A stretch of 64,000 nt of DNA from NCBI RefSeq assembly GCF_009914755.1, contig NC_060925.1; one strand, written 5' to 3'. The DNA comes from the human T2T-CHM13v2.0 reference genome, Homo sapiens. The translations under genes and the position numbers were made by a program. This document shows, in pieces, positions 39,634 through 56,119 of this stretch. The first letter of the stretch is position 1. Every line of letters begins with the position of its first letter. Below the pieces are notes generated by a model. That model was not told the DNA's origin and searched no databases. It saw nothing but the letters and a program-made list of their open reading frames with translations.

Positions 39634-41780
39634 TACGTGTTATTTCCTTTCCTGTAAGAGAAAAATGATGAGAAGGTCTTTTCTCCAATAAGTGTCTTCA
39701 AAATGTAGCAGATTTGAAATGTGTTGGCGCCACCATTTTGCGTCTCACTTTGAAAACTTATTATTTAAAATCGTACTAAAGCCTACCTTACTTTTCCAAC
39801 CTTAGAAAAAATGTTCCAAAGAAAAGGGGCGAAACCATGCTAGTTTGCCCTGAAATTTGAAATTACCTTTTAAAAATATATTTTGACATTAATTACTTCC
39901 AAACTAGAGATCAGTTGCATACAAATGGCAGGTCACCCTAATCCACCCTATGACTGCACTTAGATTTATGAGGGATTGTGCCATCTAGAAAGGGCAGAGA
40001 GGAGGAATAGAGTGCTCTGCGTCTTGAAATATAAACATGCACATAGCCACATGCTTTGATTCTGTTGTCACTGTGTACTTACTGCTAGGAAGAGGGCATG
40101 TTTGTGTATTTTTATGCTAATTATTATCCAAGTTGTTAATGATTTACGCTTTCAGAACCATATAAAGATTTTTTTCCTTTCAGATATAAACTATCTTGCA
40201 TTGTTCTTCTGATCATATGAGGGATAAATTTGCCTAAATATTCTTCAGACCATAATAGTATGTCCATATAAATGCCAGTAGCAAGAGTAGAATCAACCAC
40301 AACTGCCTTAGTAATTATTTAAAGCATGTCTGCCTATAAGTAATTGGCATTTTATATAATCAAGAATCTTTGATATAATAATCTCTCAACTATTTGAAAC
40401 ACGGCTCACATGTATTAATTTTTTAAGCAAATATATATATAATATCAGTGTATATGAAACTGAATTTTGGACTTTAGAACAGCTTCTTAGAATCCTGACT
40501 TAAATGTCTACAGTAATAGTTGGCTTAAAAAAATTTAGCACACTGTCACTATGATGAAAAAAATTACTATAAAATATTTAAAAATTTTTTCCACCCTAAC
40601 ATTTAGAATATTCTCACATTTGTGGTTAAAACCTATTGTGATTGTTCTTAGAATTTAGATAAAAAATGTCCCAGAAAGATTGAAGAGAAGCACTTTAGTC
40701 AATTTTTAGTTGTTGAAGCATGAAGAAATGGCATTTCATTGACATTTTAAAAATTATTCAGATTCCCTCTTTGAATTCAAGAATTTCAAAGATATCTTAT
40801 TTTAAAATACCAAAATAGGAATAGAATATGAAGGGCTGGTTATGAGTAATATGATACAATTTTATGAGATGATGAGATTACAATAACAATACCTCCTCTC
40901 ATAGAATAGCCAGCAAGTCTCCACTAAATAACAGTGCCTTGATTTTATAGATGTTTCATCATGGATATTGAGTTAATGTGAACCATTTGTAGACACAGGA
41001 GTTTATTAAAGACTTATATAATATCTTTCAAGTATTTAGAATAGTGTTGAAATTAAGCCTGCATCCCCACGATTTTCAGCGGTGCTGATGCCTAATAAAC
41101 TCAACCCCTTGCATGCCAAAATTGGCTTAAAGCCCATCTGTTACCCAAGCTACACTTCAAGCATCGAGGTTCAAAAATGTGATTTTGAATATGCAAGAGT
41201 TTGAGGAATTCACTACTCACACTTTCTTGAACAGTCTATCCAAGTGCATCAAGCAAAATGTGAGTAAAGAAATTTTGAGCAAAGGATTGATAGTAATGTT
41301 GAATACATTTAATAGTAGATCAAAGATTAAAAGGTGAAAGTGAGGGTGAGAAGAGTGTATGAATGCTTTGTGTTCTGACAAAGAGAATGTAGCACCCAGG
41401 TCCTACCTGCTTGGATGCATTGCCAGTGCCCACGGTAGGCCATTTTATCCAGGTTTTTAGGTATTGTCTTATTTTGTTTGTTTTTTTTCTTTTCAGGAGT
41501 CTTAGTCCAAGACCAATAACTCCGTAACTGGTAGATTTGGAAGACTTTAATAGTGCTTAACATTTTGTACATAGCTTTATAACAGTTTTCTTTTTCTTTT
41601 TTTCTGAGAGATTCTTTTCAATATACCCCATCATGGTTGAACTCAAAAATCATTGCTTATTTAAAATCTACAACTGCTGACGTTTTGTAACGTTCGCATT
41701 CCAGGTAATTGCTTTTTTGTGCATTTTCTGTATTTTTCTCCATCAGTCTACCTAGATATTTGTTAGATTTAATATTTTAA

Positions 41781-42182
<402 letters not shown>

Positions 42183-43214
42183 TATCTCCTTCATTCTTTA
42201 GGTTTATTTTACTGCTTTTATCTCTCTCTCTCTCACTGTTTCTCTCCTTCTCACATTCACTTTGCAGTTGTCAAATAGCCCAGGTGATGTTACAGATTTA
42301 CTCCTTATAAAAGGAGGCATTACACATTACACATGCATCTTAGTGGCCTCACAAAAGTGTTTGGTTTATTTGTAGTGACTATTCACCTTTAAAATATTTC
42401 AATATTCAATAAAATGGCTTCCAACCAATATTATTACACTTATGTTTCTAACTTTCGTTTTTGTATTGATATCTGCCTTCATTGCTGTTTGTTTAGGACA
42501 TATATTCTGTGTCACGTTATTTCCGTGAAAATTGTTTGAATTTGTGGTATGGTCTAGAAAATGTTAATTTTTGTAAGTATTCTGTATGAACATGAAAATA
42601 ACATGAATTATAATATTCAAGTTCCTTATATAATATTTGCCCGTTTTAAAATCCACTAGCTTCTTTTAAAACTTACTCTTTTAATTTTTTCTTTTATCTA
42701 TTACTGAAAGACGTGTGTTTGAAATGTCTATAATATTTGGGGGCTTATCCATTTCTACTTACTTTCTGATATTTTTGCTTTATATAATTTGACTCTCTCT
42801 AAATACGTGTGTGTCTGTGTGTGTGAGAGAGAGTGTGTGGTTTGTGTGTATATATATATGTATGTATCAGGCTAATACACATTGAAGTCATCACATCTTA
42901 ATAACTTAAAACTTTTATCACACTGGTTACACTAACTTATTTTAATAAATGTTTCTAACTTACATTCTATTTGGTCTACATAGCAACTTTTTAAAAAATG
43001 TAGTGTGTTTGTATGTATATCATATATACACAGTATCTGTATTGTTTGAACTTCAAAGTTTCTGTAAATTTATATATTAGCTGTGTCTCTTGTAACTATG
43101 ATAGAGATGGATGTTTTAAATTTTGCCAATCTTTGTATTTTAACAAAAACATTGTCTACTTAGGTTTAAGTTAATCTTTGATCATTTATACTTAATTTTG
43201 TATTAGTAATTTGT

Positions 43215-43253
<39 letters not shown>
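43215..43253 (+). repeat. (TG)n(TA)n microsatellite
   Basis: tgtgtgtatatatata...tata. Confidence 0.92.
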
Positions 43254-43260
<7 letters not shown>

Positions 43261-43382
43261 CTCATTTTCTCCTATCACTTTCTGTCTTCTTGTTTTAAAA
43301 TTATGACTTTTATTTTTATTGTTTTCATAGATACAACAGAGAAATGCATAATGTCCAGTCAATTTATTAAAGTTCCAAAGTC

Positions 43383-43694
<312 letters not shown>

Positions 43695-46600
43695 GAATTG
43701 CAAAGTCATACCTTTCTGCTCTTGTCAGACAATTAAGGGGTCTTTGAATACTTCAGCCCTAATAATTTGCTTCCTAACATACATATTGCAGTGCTTACCT
43801 AATTTTAAATATTCTTTTGTTTCAACACCTAATTTTCTATTTTGATCTATCTTTATGTTTACAATATATTTTGCTCTGTGTTCATTCTTTGATTTCAGAA
43901 CTTCAATCTTTCTGAAGCGTGTTTTCAGAGTTTCCTTTGAGTTTCTTTAGTGGAATTCTGCTGGTGGTGTTTTGTTTTTTGTCTCTAAATATGTGATTTA
44001 GCCATAGGTTGATGAATATTTTTCTTGGTTGAGAATTTCAGAATGGCATTATTATTCTTAACAAATAATATTGTTTATTTTACCTTTCATGCTTTCAGAT
44101 TTCAATATGATTAAAGGTAATTTGATTTTTCTAGTGCTAATTGAAATATTTTTCCCTTCCTGATTGTTTACTATTTCTCTAGGAGATATGTAGATGTAGG
44201 TTTATCTCCATCGTAGCTTGCTTAGCATGCATAGAAGTTTTGAATATGTGGATTAGTGTCTTACAGAACTCTAGAGAACTTTCAGCCAAAATACCATCAC
44301 ATATTGTCCCTTCCCCGTTCCCTTCCTCTATGAGAACACTCACTAAACACATGCTACACTTTCTCACTGTATCTTCCATGTCTCTTCATGATTCTGTCCA
44401 CATTGTGCCTTTTTTTAAATTTTCTGTAATGCATTCTGAAATATTTATGAGCTCTCACCATGGCCATGTCTAATCTGATGAGTTCATTTTTGAGTTTTTA
44501 ATTTAAAATACTATATACAAACTACTTTTCAAATTTACTACATCAACTTTTTAGTCTCCTAAAAATATATTCCTTTTTTTAAATTTTTTGAAAGCAAATG
44601 TGCTTTATAATCTAACAGTGATATTTCTACTAATGAACCTCTGTGGATCTGTTTGTACTCTTTTTCTGCTTTCCTTTCAAATGGTGGAATATCATTTCCT
44701 TGCGTACTTAGATGCCTTTGAATGACAAAGATTTATTTTTCTCTGAAAATTATTATTGTGCACTTTTGCATATTAGTAAGAAGAAAATTTGCCAAAGAGA
44801 ATTTGAATTTTTTGTGAGTCTACTAAAGGCACCACCATTCTGGGACCACATTATATTAATTCTTGGCCTAAAGGTGTTTGGACGTATGTTTGGACAGCAC
44901 ATTTAAACAATTTTTAAATTAATTGCTGTAAATCATTAATGATTGAGTTTCTTTAAATCTGTCCAATCTCAAGTCATTTTTATTTGCCATTTCCAGGGAA
45001 TGTGAAATGAGACTAATTTACCTCTGATTCTTCTTTATACTGAGGAGATAAATTTTGGTGCTAGCTTTAGGGAAGAGCTCCTGTGTGATGCCCTATCTTG
45101 GGAAACACTATGTATTTCTTTACTGTCCTATGTGATGTATGACCATAGGAATCTGCACTCATTCATTTTGCTACATGTCCGTAGGGCAAAATCAGTATCA
45201 GTGTTTAGGTGTATTTTGTCTGCTCCCTGCATTCCCATGGTTTTAACCTTATCTTTTACTTTTTTTTGTGAACATACCAATGCTTCAATTTTTTTCCAGT
45301 AATATAATCAACTATACTATAAGAGAAAAATTTCGATAAAACACAAATTTCATGTTTTCCTACTCTAATTGGCTTTTACGTAAAAAATACAGGTAAAATT
45401 TATTTGTGCTTTTTTGCTATTTCTGTTTTGCTATTTTCTGTTTGTCTATGTCTTCACCACATAGACACAATTAGGGAATTTTGTACACTCTTGTGCCAAC
45501 TGCTTTGACAGTAACAAAATGTATTTCTCGAACTCCTAGGTATAAAACTCAAGTATCCACTATTTAAATTCTTTTTTGCTCACTTCTAGTATGTTTCCAG
45601 TCTCAATAGAAATCGATGCCAATCCAGAAATACAAGCATTATTCTAATACTTCTCACACATTACTGGTATGGATGACATTTTCTAGATCTCCTTAAATAC
45701 TATCATTTTTCACTACTTGTATCTTAACTGTTAAGTTCAACATTTTCTGTAATATTAATATATTGTGAAAATTTCCTTTCTTTCTTATTTGTCCCAGGTT
45801 CAATGTTTTGCAGTCTCTACCTCACCCTGTGAAGCATAAACATTGTACATGCTGTACAAATAATACATCGTTCATGTACTTAGAGATTGCACAATTTTTA
45901 TTTGGTTGACAATAGCTAATGTTTTCTTCTTCATTTTCTATTTCCTGATTTTTCTTTATTTAGTATATACTACACTGCCATAAAAATAAGAACGTTTTAC
46001 AAACTAAAGCAAAAGGAACCCTAGGAATAAAATGCACAAATAAAATATATAAACATACGTTTAGGTGTACCACGTACACTTGTAATTTATTTAGACTTTT
46101 AATTTTAGTACAATTTTAATTAAAGTCTGTGTATTATCTGTCATCGTCTTAGTATTTTTTATATAACAAATTGTGTAAATCAAAAAGTATCAATGTCATT
46201 GTAAACTATCTTGGCAGAGGTTGATCTCCAAGGAATAATTTCTCTCCTAAATTATGCCAATCCAAATTTCACTCTACCGTCATTCTTTTCATCAGTTTCA
46301 GAGGAATAATAAATTTCAAAATTGTTCAAGGTACTTCTTTTAGTTCAAGTAACATTTGACAGGTGTAAAACTGTAGACAGACTGATACAAACGTATTCTA
46401 ATTGACTCAAAATTATATGGGACCTATTTTAAAATCTAGATTTTAAAATGTCGTGTCAACATACACATGTTCTCCTTGTGAAATAATTGTTTTTTATTCT
46501 CTGGATAGAATAATTTAATCTTTAAACCTTCCATTCACTCTTAGAAACAATATATTACATAAGGATATGCTTATAAAAATAATTCCCAACTAGCTTTTCA

Positions 46601-49600
46601 GTTCAGAAATATATGTGAAGAATCATCAAACATCTAATGGATTTCAAGGAGAAATGGGTTAGTAATTTATTCCATATGTCTCAATTTTTCCTAGACTCAA
46701 GGCTTCCTTTAAAATAATTGTAGGCATTTAAGAAACCATGCAAACTAAAAAGAAGAAACTGTGACGCTGCCGCTTAGGCTTTTTAAGTCTTTGGACATGA
46801 TTCAATATATTTTTTAAATTGTATCTTAATTAGACATTGTGAGTTCACCATCTTCCTGTCAATACAGCATCCAAGCTGATTATCATAGATTACAAGTTCA
46901 ACTATCAACTGTGTTCTGAGAGTCTAAAAAAATAAATGAACGTATTTGTTTGGGTATTCTTAAAGCAGGAGTGAGGACACAGCGAAAGTGAGACAAGGAA
47001 AAGAGAACAAAATAAAACAGGAAAGACAGAAAAGCCAATACCACACGTGTTAAGAGGTAAGTTCCTGTGTTAGATATCTGGGCTTAATATTATGGGAAGC
47101 TATGTGGAGCATGCCTCAGAATTACATCACTGAATCCAGGGAGATTCTTCTTAGTTACCCTCACCTTTTCTTCCCACTTCATGCCCAGTAACAAGCTCCC
47201 GTGCTGCTAGAGAAAGTCCTCAGCTAGAAACTGGTGCAAATTCTGGAGATGAGACCTTGTAGAGTGTTAAGAATGGTTTTCTTCCCAGCAGCTACAGCTA
47301 AGGAATAGGGGCTGGGCTATGAATACATCTGCTACAAACCAATAAAGCCCTTATGCTCCTTTTGGTGATCGACAATGTATTTAAAAATATTAGATGATCA
47401 AGAAGGGCTGCAGAAAGGAGGAAACAGAAACAAACAGCACACCTCTTGGTTTATTTTTTTTTCATTTCATCAGTTTCAAGGAAAATATGTTTGGAGTTCC
47501 TGGCATAGAGAATGTCACAAAGACATGTTTTCAATAGTAGTGCTATCCCGAGCGCAGAGAAGACCCAAAGAAAGCCCAAGTGGCTGCTGGAACAAAATCA
47601 GACACCGTGCCACCTGTCCACACTCCTTGGCTCTGCCATCATGCTGAAGATCGCTTTAAAGGACTGGCTTCCCTCCCCCCAAAATTAAAAGAGCACAGAC
47701 TGAGAAACTGAATGTGGGAGACAGCAGTGGATTATGCTGTTCTCAGGGGTCACCTCAGGTTTGGAAGCATTCTTTCAAATTAACCCATCTCAGGCCATCT
47801 GCAGAGAAGAAAGGTGGTACCTAACTTTTTTTCTTGTCGGCATTTGGTAGGGGTGTTTTATTGACCAAATATGTTCCCACAACCTCGTTTTTTGTGACTA
47901 ACTAAATATAGTAGAGTTTTAAATTTTATCATCAAAATCTATAGACAATTTTTGATGAAAATAGACTCCATCTCTATGTCCTGCTTTTCTTCTTCTTATT
48001 AATTACATTGCTGTATAAAAGAACAAGACTTCAGCATCAAGAATATCTTGTCTCTTGGCATTGAATTTATACAAGGTGCTCTTTCTTTAATGCTGTCTCA
48101 AAGGACATATTTTTACTCATTAAAAAGGAAGATCGGAATCTAGTTGTATGCACTGCTCCAACATATTAATAATTAAAATTAGGAGGTAAATGTGGTCAAA
48201 GCTATAGAAAGACTGAGATGTCATTTACATCGATTACTCTATAGCACTCTACAAACAGAAATTGTTAAATAATAGTTTATATAAATATTTTGTAGCATTT
48301 CAAATATTTGAGTGCTTGAAGTTTCTCCTCTTTTATAGTTCAGATTATCAATTTGAAGACTTACTCCGCTAGTTAATATGTTTTTAGTCTCGTTTGAGTA
48401 TTATATAAAAGCAATTTTCAGTTAAATGTGTTCCGCTTACATAAAACGTTACAAATTATTGAGGATTTAATTACTTATTCATGTTCCTGTAATGTCTTTA
48501 GAAGATTTTCTTATTATTACCTATCAATATATGTATGCTTTGTCAAAGAAAAATCAAACATATATATCATTGAAATTGAAACTTTTTAAAAGTACTTATT
48601 AATTCTATTGAAAAACCACATCCATAGGAACAATTACAATATAATATTGTGAACATGTAAACATATACCCTATGTCTATTTTATGTATAAGCATGTATGA
48701 TTAAAAATATAGTGAAGAATTTTTAAACCTAGTATTATAAAGTAAAAATTAGTTAACTTCCGATGATTATTTGTTAATTAAGATAAAATTATTTTGATTT
48801 GGGTGATTTTAAATAAAGAAAAATATTAAATTACATGACAAAAATTCTTTATAAAATGTTTATGATTTTTACATTGGTTTTATCACTTTTCCCACTATTT
48901 TATTTTAAGATGACCTGCCTTGTTTAAAACACTGTATTCATCTTAGTTAAATTAGATTCCATTTGTAAAATAATTAACAAATGATTTGCTCTATTGTACA
49001 GTGCGGTTATAAACTGAGTCAGTATCTCAAGATTTGATCCCCATTATCATCATCTGTGGCCCTATTTGTTTTATAAATGTATTGTCTTTTTCCATGCCTG
49101 TCACATCTCTATTGCTCTTTCATTTTTCTCTTTGTCCCTTATAGGGAGCATTGCCTATCTCTAGATTAAGCAAAAGTTGCATCATAAAAAAGCACAATAA
49201 CCTGCTCAATCTTTCTCACACAGAGAAATGTTTGTTAAGTAATTAAAGTGTAGATGATGATACAAAGAGCTTGATTAAATTAGATGCCAAAGTACCCTTG
49301 TGATTCAGAATATGAATGGTATTTAATTTCTTTGAAATCATTAATTGCTGAGTGAGATTAATTAATGCCAATATTCCAGAAGATGTTCCAGTCAGTAAAA
49401 TGTATACAACGTGCAAAAGATTCAGAACTCTGAAGGGCAACATTATTCTATAATTAAGAATTAAGAATTAATTCACATTAATTACTGGGGAGAAATACTT
49501 TTTAAGAATTAATGACTGAGAAAATGTTTTTATTTTTTATTTAGAAAATTATTTTGTGCATGAGCATTACCGCAAGTTTTGCAAGAAACATAAATTTAAA

Positions 49601-50109
49601 GAAACAATTATGTGCACAAGATGAATTTAATAACATCTTGATATATTCCACGATTGCGGTTTTATTTGGTAAATCTTTCAAGGCACACCATTTAAAGAGA
49701 ATAAATGAGTCTTGGAAATCTTGTAGGTAAGGGTAAATATTAGGATGCATCCAGTTACATTTACACACACATACAGTTACATTTACACACACATACACGC
49801 ATACAGACTGAGTCACGTGTGTGTATATATATATATGAATTTACCAATTGATGTTAACTAATATTTATAAGAGCCAGTTGGATTGATATATATTGTTGAA
49901 CCTGAAAAATATTTATTATATACATGTTTAAAATACAGAAATAAATAGCAATTGCACTAGGCATTTGAAACTGTACTAAAATATAAGCTGTGAACATTTT
50001 GTGATCATTACAAATTCTTACACTGAATAAATATTTTTATTTTTACAATATTAATATGTTTGATACCTGTGTATATTTTTTTACAATGTGTTATTTTATT
50101 TTTGTCATA

Positions 50110-50451
50110 GAGTCATGTCATGCATAATAACATTTTAGTCAAAGATGGATTACATATACAAAAGTGGTCCCATGAGATTATAATAGATATTTTTACATAC
50201 TTTTCTACGTTTAATTATGTTTAGATACATAACCTCTTACCACTGTGTTCTTATTGCCTGCAGTATTCAGTACAGTAATGTAGTACACAGATTTGTAGCC
50301 TGGGAGAAAGAGGCTATACCATATAACCTAAACGTGGTAGGCTGTACAATCTAGGTGTTTGTAATACTCTCTGTGATGTTTGCAAAATGGTAAAATTGCC
50401 TACGAATACATCTGTTAAAACGTATCCCTATCATTCAGTGATGTGTGACTG
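50110..50451 (+). mobile_element. Tigger3a (Golem)-like DNA transposon
   Basis: ta-gagtcatgtc...gtggtcccatgagattataat...cagtattcagtacagtaa...gtgactg-ta. Confidence 0.85.
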
Positions 50452-50999
50452 TACTAAAATGCTCAATGTAAGTTTCAATGCCCTCCATAAAATTGTTGTA
50501 CTGTGAAATACAAATCTCTCACCCATGGCCTGAATATGTTTGCAAACTAAGCAGATCATGGGAAGGAGAATGTGCTGGCACCGCTGGGATGATTTTCTCA
50601 CTCTACATGAATAATATCTACAGACTTCGTGAATATGAGCCACTTGCATAGAGTTAAAGTAGGCATCTCTTTGCTGGGAAAATTATCAAATGGGAGTATG
50701 AAGTGTTTTTACAAGATACTCGTTTGTTTGTAGCTGGTAGGCCTACAGTGGCTCATGGTAATGGTTGAGGTTGCTAAGATTTGGTGGAAGAAGGCAAAAT
50801 GAAATGGCCACTTATATGGTATATGGTATATGGATCACTTATTTCTGTTGAGTTACAAACTCAGCTGGCTATTTCTCCTATGTTAGTTATTTGGAGAAAA
50901 AAAAACGTGATGGTAATTTTGGGGTAACAAATACAATATTTGATGAAAGCAAATTTATTGAGGGTTAGACAAACTACAAGATACTTTAGGCTACAAAGT

Positions 51000-51355
51000 C
51001 AACACGAGAGTTCTGGCCCAAATTGTGCAGAGTTTGCGTCCAGCTGCACAGTTCAAAGGAAGAGGCCATGTAAGAAGATTCTCACTTCTGACACCAACTG
51101 CCAGTTCAGGGGTTTCCCCTGAACACCCTCAGTTTCAAGAATTTACTAGAAAGACTCACAGAACTCATTGAATGCCATTGTACTCATGGTTTATAATAGA
51201 GAAAGGGTAGAAATTAGGACCAATAGAAGAGACATATCATATAAGGTGGAATCTAGGAGATTTTGAAGGTTAAGTTTCCATTGTCTTCAGGACATATTAC
51301 CTGTCATTGTTGTACAGCAACAAACATGGAGTACTACCAACCTGGGGAGCTCACC
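51000..51355 (-). mobile_element. MER21/MER77-like LTR fragment
   Basis: cacttctgacaccaactgc...aatttactagaaagactcacagaactca...tactcatggttt. Confidence 0.6.
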
Positions 51356-51419
51356 TGATGCTAACAAGACACTACTTACAAAATGAAAAGACAAAGGAAA
51401 GGATGAGATAAGATGACGT

Positions 51420-53930
51420 TCCACATTAAGGCACTGGAACGAATAGCAAACTAAACCTAAAGCAAGCAGAAGGAAGAAAATTAAAATTAGAGAAATTAAT
51501 ATTTTATAATAATAATATTTGTTAGTGTTGAATAATTGATATTAATTCTTGACTAGCTTTTTTAAAAAAGAGAAATATTCACTTTCCAATTTATTCTGTG
51601 GGGCCAGTGTTACTTTGATACAAAAATTAGTCCAAATAGCATAGAAAAATAAAACTACTATAAGTATAAATGCAAAATTCCTTAAAAAATACTAACAAAT
51701 CAGATCTAGCAACATATAAAAGAATTATACACTATGACAAAGTGAAATTTATACAAGTAATCCCAGGTTGGTTTAACAGCCCAAAATCCATTAAGGTGAT
51801 ACATCTTATCCATAGAATAAGAAAAGAGAATTCATGATCATCTCGATAGATTCGGAAAACACATTTAACAGAATCCAAATGCTTTAATGATTAAAAATAA
51901 AAATAAAAACTCAATGAACCAGGAATAGAGAACTTTCTACACCAGATACATGGCACCTGTGAAAAGCCAACAGCAAGCAGGCAACTTAATGGTAAAGGAT
52001 GCTTTCCCGCTATGGTCAGAGATAAGAATAGGATATATACTTTGACCTCTTCTAGTCAACACTGTACTAAAGATTTTATGCAGGGCAAATCGGCAACTAA
52101 AATAATAAGAGTCATCCATATTGAACAGGAAGAAATAAAACTTTATTTGAAAATAACATTGTTGTATATAGAAAATTTTAAGGAATCCACCGAACGATAG
52201 AACTCGTAAATTATTTCAGCAATATTACAGCAGACAAGGTAAATGTACAAAAATCAATTGCACACATCTGCAATGAAAACCCCAAAATGAATTTAAGAAA
52301 ACACTTCAATTTAAAATAGCATAAAAAAAGGAAATATTAATTAATTTGGAAAATGTGATACAAGATTTTACTCTGAAAATTAAAAATTATTGTTTAAAGA
52401 ATATTTAAATAATTAGTAAACACCTTACACCCATGAATTGGACGATTTGATATTGTAGTACTTTACAATTTGAACTACAGATTTGATGAAATCCCTGCAA
52501 GTATCCCAACAGACTTGTGTCTAGAAACTGACAAGCTGATTCTAAAATACACATGAAATTGTAAGGGACTCAAAATAGCCAAAATAATCTTGAAGAAAGA
52601 AAACATATTAGGATAATTCACACCCCATGCTCCAAACCTTACTGCAAAGTATCAGTAATCAAGACAACACAACATTGATGAAGGAAAAATATATAGATTG
52701 ATGGAAGAGAATTGAGAGTCCATATATAAAACTATGTGTCTACAGTCAATGGATTCTTAAGGTGGTGCCATGTGCAATTCAATGAGGAAGAGACAGTCTT
52801 TGAACACACTGGGTCAACAACGTACACGTGGATCACCACTTGCAAAATAATAAATTAGAACCCTTACCCCAAAGCATACAAAAATATTAACTCAAATGAA
52901 TTAAAGACACACATGCAAGAGGTAGAATAAAGCATATGGGAAAATCTTCAGGATTTTGGATCTAGCAAAGAAATAGCTGTAACCCCAAAAACATGAGCAA
53001 CAGAATAAAAATTAGATATTTAAAATTTCTTAAAAATTAAAGACATCGGTGTTTCAGAGGACAACCAAGCAAGTCAAAAGGCAGCTCCAAAATTGTGAGA
53101 AGATATTTGAAAAACACGTATCTATATGTCTGTATATATATATGTATCTTGAATATAGAAAAATTGGTTTAACTCCGTCACAAATATCCCAACTCAAAAC
53201 TGATAAATGATAGGAATAGATGTGTTTCCCAAGAAGATACATGAACGGTCAATAATCCCATAAAAATATACTCAACAGCATCACTCTTCAGGCAACTACA
53301 AATCAAAACCACAGTTAGATACTCTATGGCTAGAACTGACCACTTTGGAAAATAATTTGATGGCTTCTAAATATATGAAACATAGAATTGTCATATGACC
53401 CAGAAATTTATTCCTAGGTATACACCCAGATTATTGGAAAGAGGTGTTCAAACACAAATTGTACACAAGTATTTTTAGCAGCAGTACCTAAAATAGCCAA
53501 AGGCTGAACACAACTCAAATGTCAATAAAAATATTATTGGATAAACAAAATGTTATATCCATGAAATTGAATGTTATACAGTTATAAAAAGAAATAAAGT
53601 ACCAATACGTACATGAACCTTGATAGCATTATGCCAACTGAACGAAGCCGGGCAGAAAAGGCCACCTATTGTACGATTCTATTTAGATGAAAACAGAATA
53701 GGAAAATCTATAGAGACAGAAAACAGATTTGTGGTTGCTTAGGATTGAGTAGGGGATGGGTGCATAGGAGGTTAACAGCTAGGGAAGGTGGGGTTTCTTT
53801 TTGAAGTGATGAAAATGCTCTAAAATTCATTGTGATGGTGGCTCCACTTATCTGTGCATATACTAAAAGCCACTGACTTGTAGACATTAATGTGTGCACT
53901 CTACACTATGTAAATTATATCTCAATAAAT
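51420..53930 (+). mobile_element. Old L1M (ORF2 3' half and 3' UTR, degenerate)
   Basis: aaatgcaaaattcctta, gacaagctgattctaaaat, ccatatataaa, catatgacccagaaattt...ctaggtatacaccca; ends aattatatctcaataaa. Confidence 0.88.
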
Positions 53931-55879
53931 CCTTTCAAAAATACACAGAAGAGTAAGGGGTTTTGGAATGTTGCAACTGGGATGCAGTTTGAAATACTGA
54001 ATAGGCCTCATCGAGAATGTGAAGTTTCAGTAAAGACCTGAGGAAGTTGAATGAGCTGATCAATGGATATATGGTGGGCTATCTTTCCAAGCCAAAAAAT
54101 TAACTAGAGTCTTGATCGTAAGGCAGCAGCATGTTGGTATGTCCAGAGGACAGTGAAGTGGCCAGGACCACTGGTAAGATCAAGGGTGAAGATATAAAAT
54201 AATTTTGGCGGTTAACATGCGGCAGATGATGATGGGCTTGCAGACCATTGTAAGAAATGTTGTTTTTAATGCACATGAAATGGGGAGACAACTCATTATC
54301 CCATTATCAATATTTTAATAAATTGGATCCATGAACCAAATCCAATGAGATTAAATCAATTAATAATAATATGCAAATTTGTATTAAAATTACAAGAATT
54401 ACTTGCACATTTGAGAACAGGAGAGACATGATTTTTATCAGCAATAATAAACATTATTAATTTTAATTGTGATCAGCTAATTGAGATTAATTGCAATACA
54501 TCTTGATTTATAATGTGACTGTCAAAAGGAAAATATGATTGTAATCTTATACTACATCTATCAATGTCTTTTATTCATAAGAGTATAGAGTAAGCCCCTA
54601 GTTTTCAAAGCCAACCTATGAAGCAGTGACATCTTATGCAAGTTTGCTGCTTTCTGCCACAGTGATCCTTGGTCAGTGGGCACAAATTGTTTACAAAGGC
54701 CCCTAGGTCTAGAAATAGTTTGGATCACAATGAACACAGAAACACCTTCATCCCTTCAGAAATACCCATCAATTACTTCCAATACAGAATGAAAAATTGA
54801 CAAAGGAAATATGTGGATTGTAAAAATGCCAGTTAGCTTGCAACTACATGAAAGAAAAATGCCATTTTTATTACATTAGGTCATTGTCTCACATGAGTTT
54901 TGGTATAGCAAAATGTTGAACCAAGGGAAAAGAGAGATGAATTAATGAAGTCTTAAGATATCAAGAATTTGAAAGAAAAGGCAGGTCATCTTTGAAGGTT
55001 AGTGACATAGCATTCATCTTCTGTTGTCACCTTTCCCGTCATTCCCTGTATGCCTGACGGACAGGTTACACTCAAGTTCAGAGAACAGCATGCAAAATTA
55101 GCTACCAATTAATCTTTAGGAAGTGAGCTGCATTTCTAGCCAGACTGAGCTTACGTTTTAGCAGGAAGCATTTTTGGGAAATGTTTATGTTAGACTTTGC
55201 CCTTCTTGACAAGGTGAGACATAAACGTCTACTTTATAGACATGAATTGAGATGGGAAGATATTTGGGGGAATCATTTACTCAAACGCTAAATAATAAAG
55301 GTACACAAAGGGCAAATTATACTAGATTTCTTTCCCACTTGTTTTCTATGTCTCATGCAATTCACCTTGATTCCCTTCAGTTTCTGTTTAATGTAGAAAG
55401 TGGCATTTTCATTATTTTAAGCTTCTAGCACAATGAAAGAATTTCTCTTTTTCATGAACAGGATCATACATGAAAAGGAGGAAGAGTGTCCTATATCATA
55501 TTTATTGTTCAACAAAACACTGCTCCACGGCTTAAATTCAGTTTAAAAAAGAGAATTTGTTGAACATCTAACACATACATAAAAGGCAGTAAAGACACAT
55601 GAGAAGAGGGCAGGATATTGAAGTATACAGACTTCAATGCTGAGTTTTATATCTTAGGAAGTTACTCCACCTGACAGAAGCTCAATTTCCCCTGATTTAG
55701 GAAGGCGATGCTAATGGGTATTGCATAGGTGTAAGTATAAAAATGTTGTATTTAAGAGAATCCCACAAGCTTGGTATAAGGCAGAAAATAAATAGATGCG
55801 ACATGAATAAGTAGTTTATTACATTTGTATGCTACCTGCGGACTAGAGGAAGCAAGAAACACAGCCACTATGCTTGATT

Positions 55880-56119
55880 AGCATTATAGAGATGGTACGA
55901 TGATGGTTGCCAGAAGCTGGGGGGAGGAGGAAATGGGGAAGTATTGTTTAATGGGTATAGAGTTTCAGTTTTACAAGATGAAACGAATTATGGAGATGGA
56001 TGGTAGGGACGGCTGGACAATGTTATGACTATATTTAGTACCACTGAACTGTACACTTAAAATGGTTAACAGAGTACATTTTATGTTATGTGTATTTTAC
56101 CACAATAAAAAAATAAAAT
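55880..56119 (+). mobile_element. L1MA/MB 3' end
   Basis: gatggttgccaga...taatgggtatagagtttcagtt...actgaactgtacacttaaaatggttaa...attttaccacaataaaaaa. Confidence 0.88.

Noticed and set aside
39726-39741. YY1-like motif gcgccaccattttg
   Set aside because: It is a single imperfect site with no CpG island or other promoter context.
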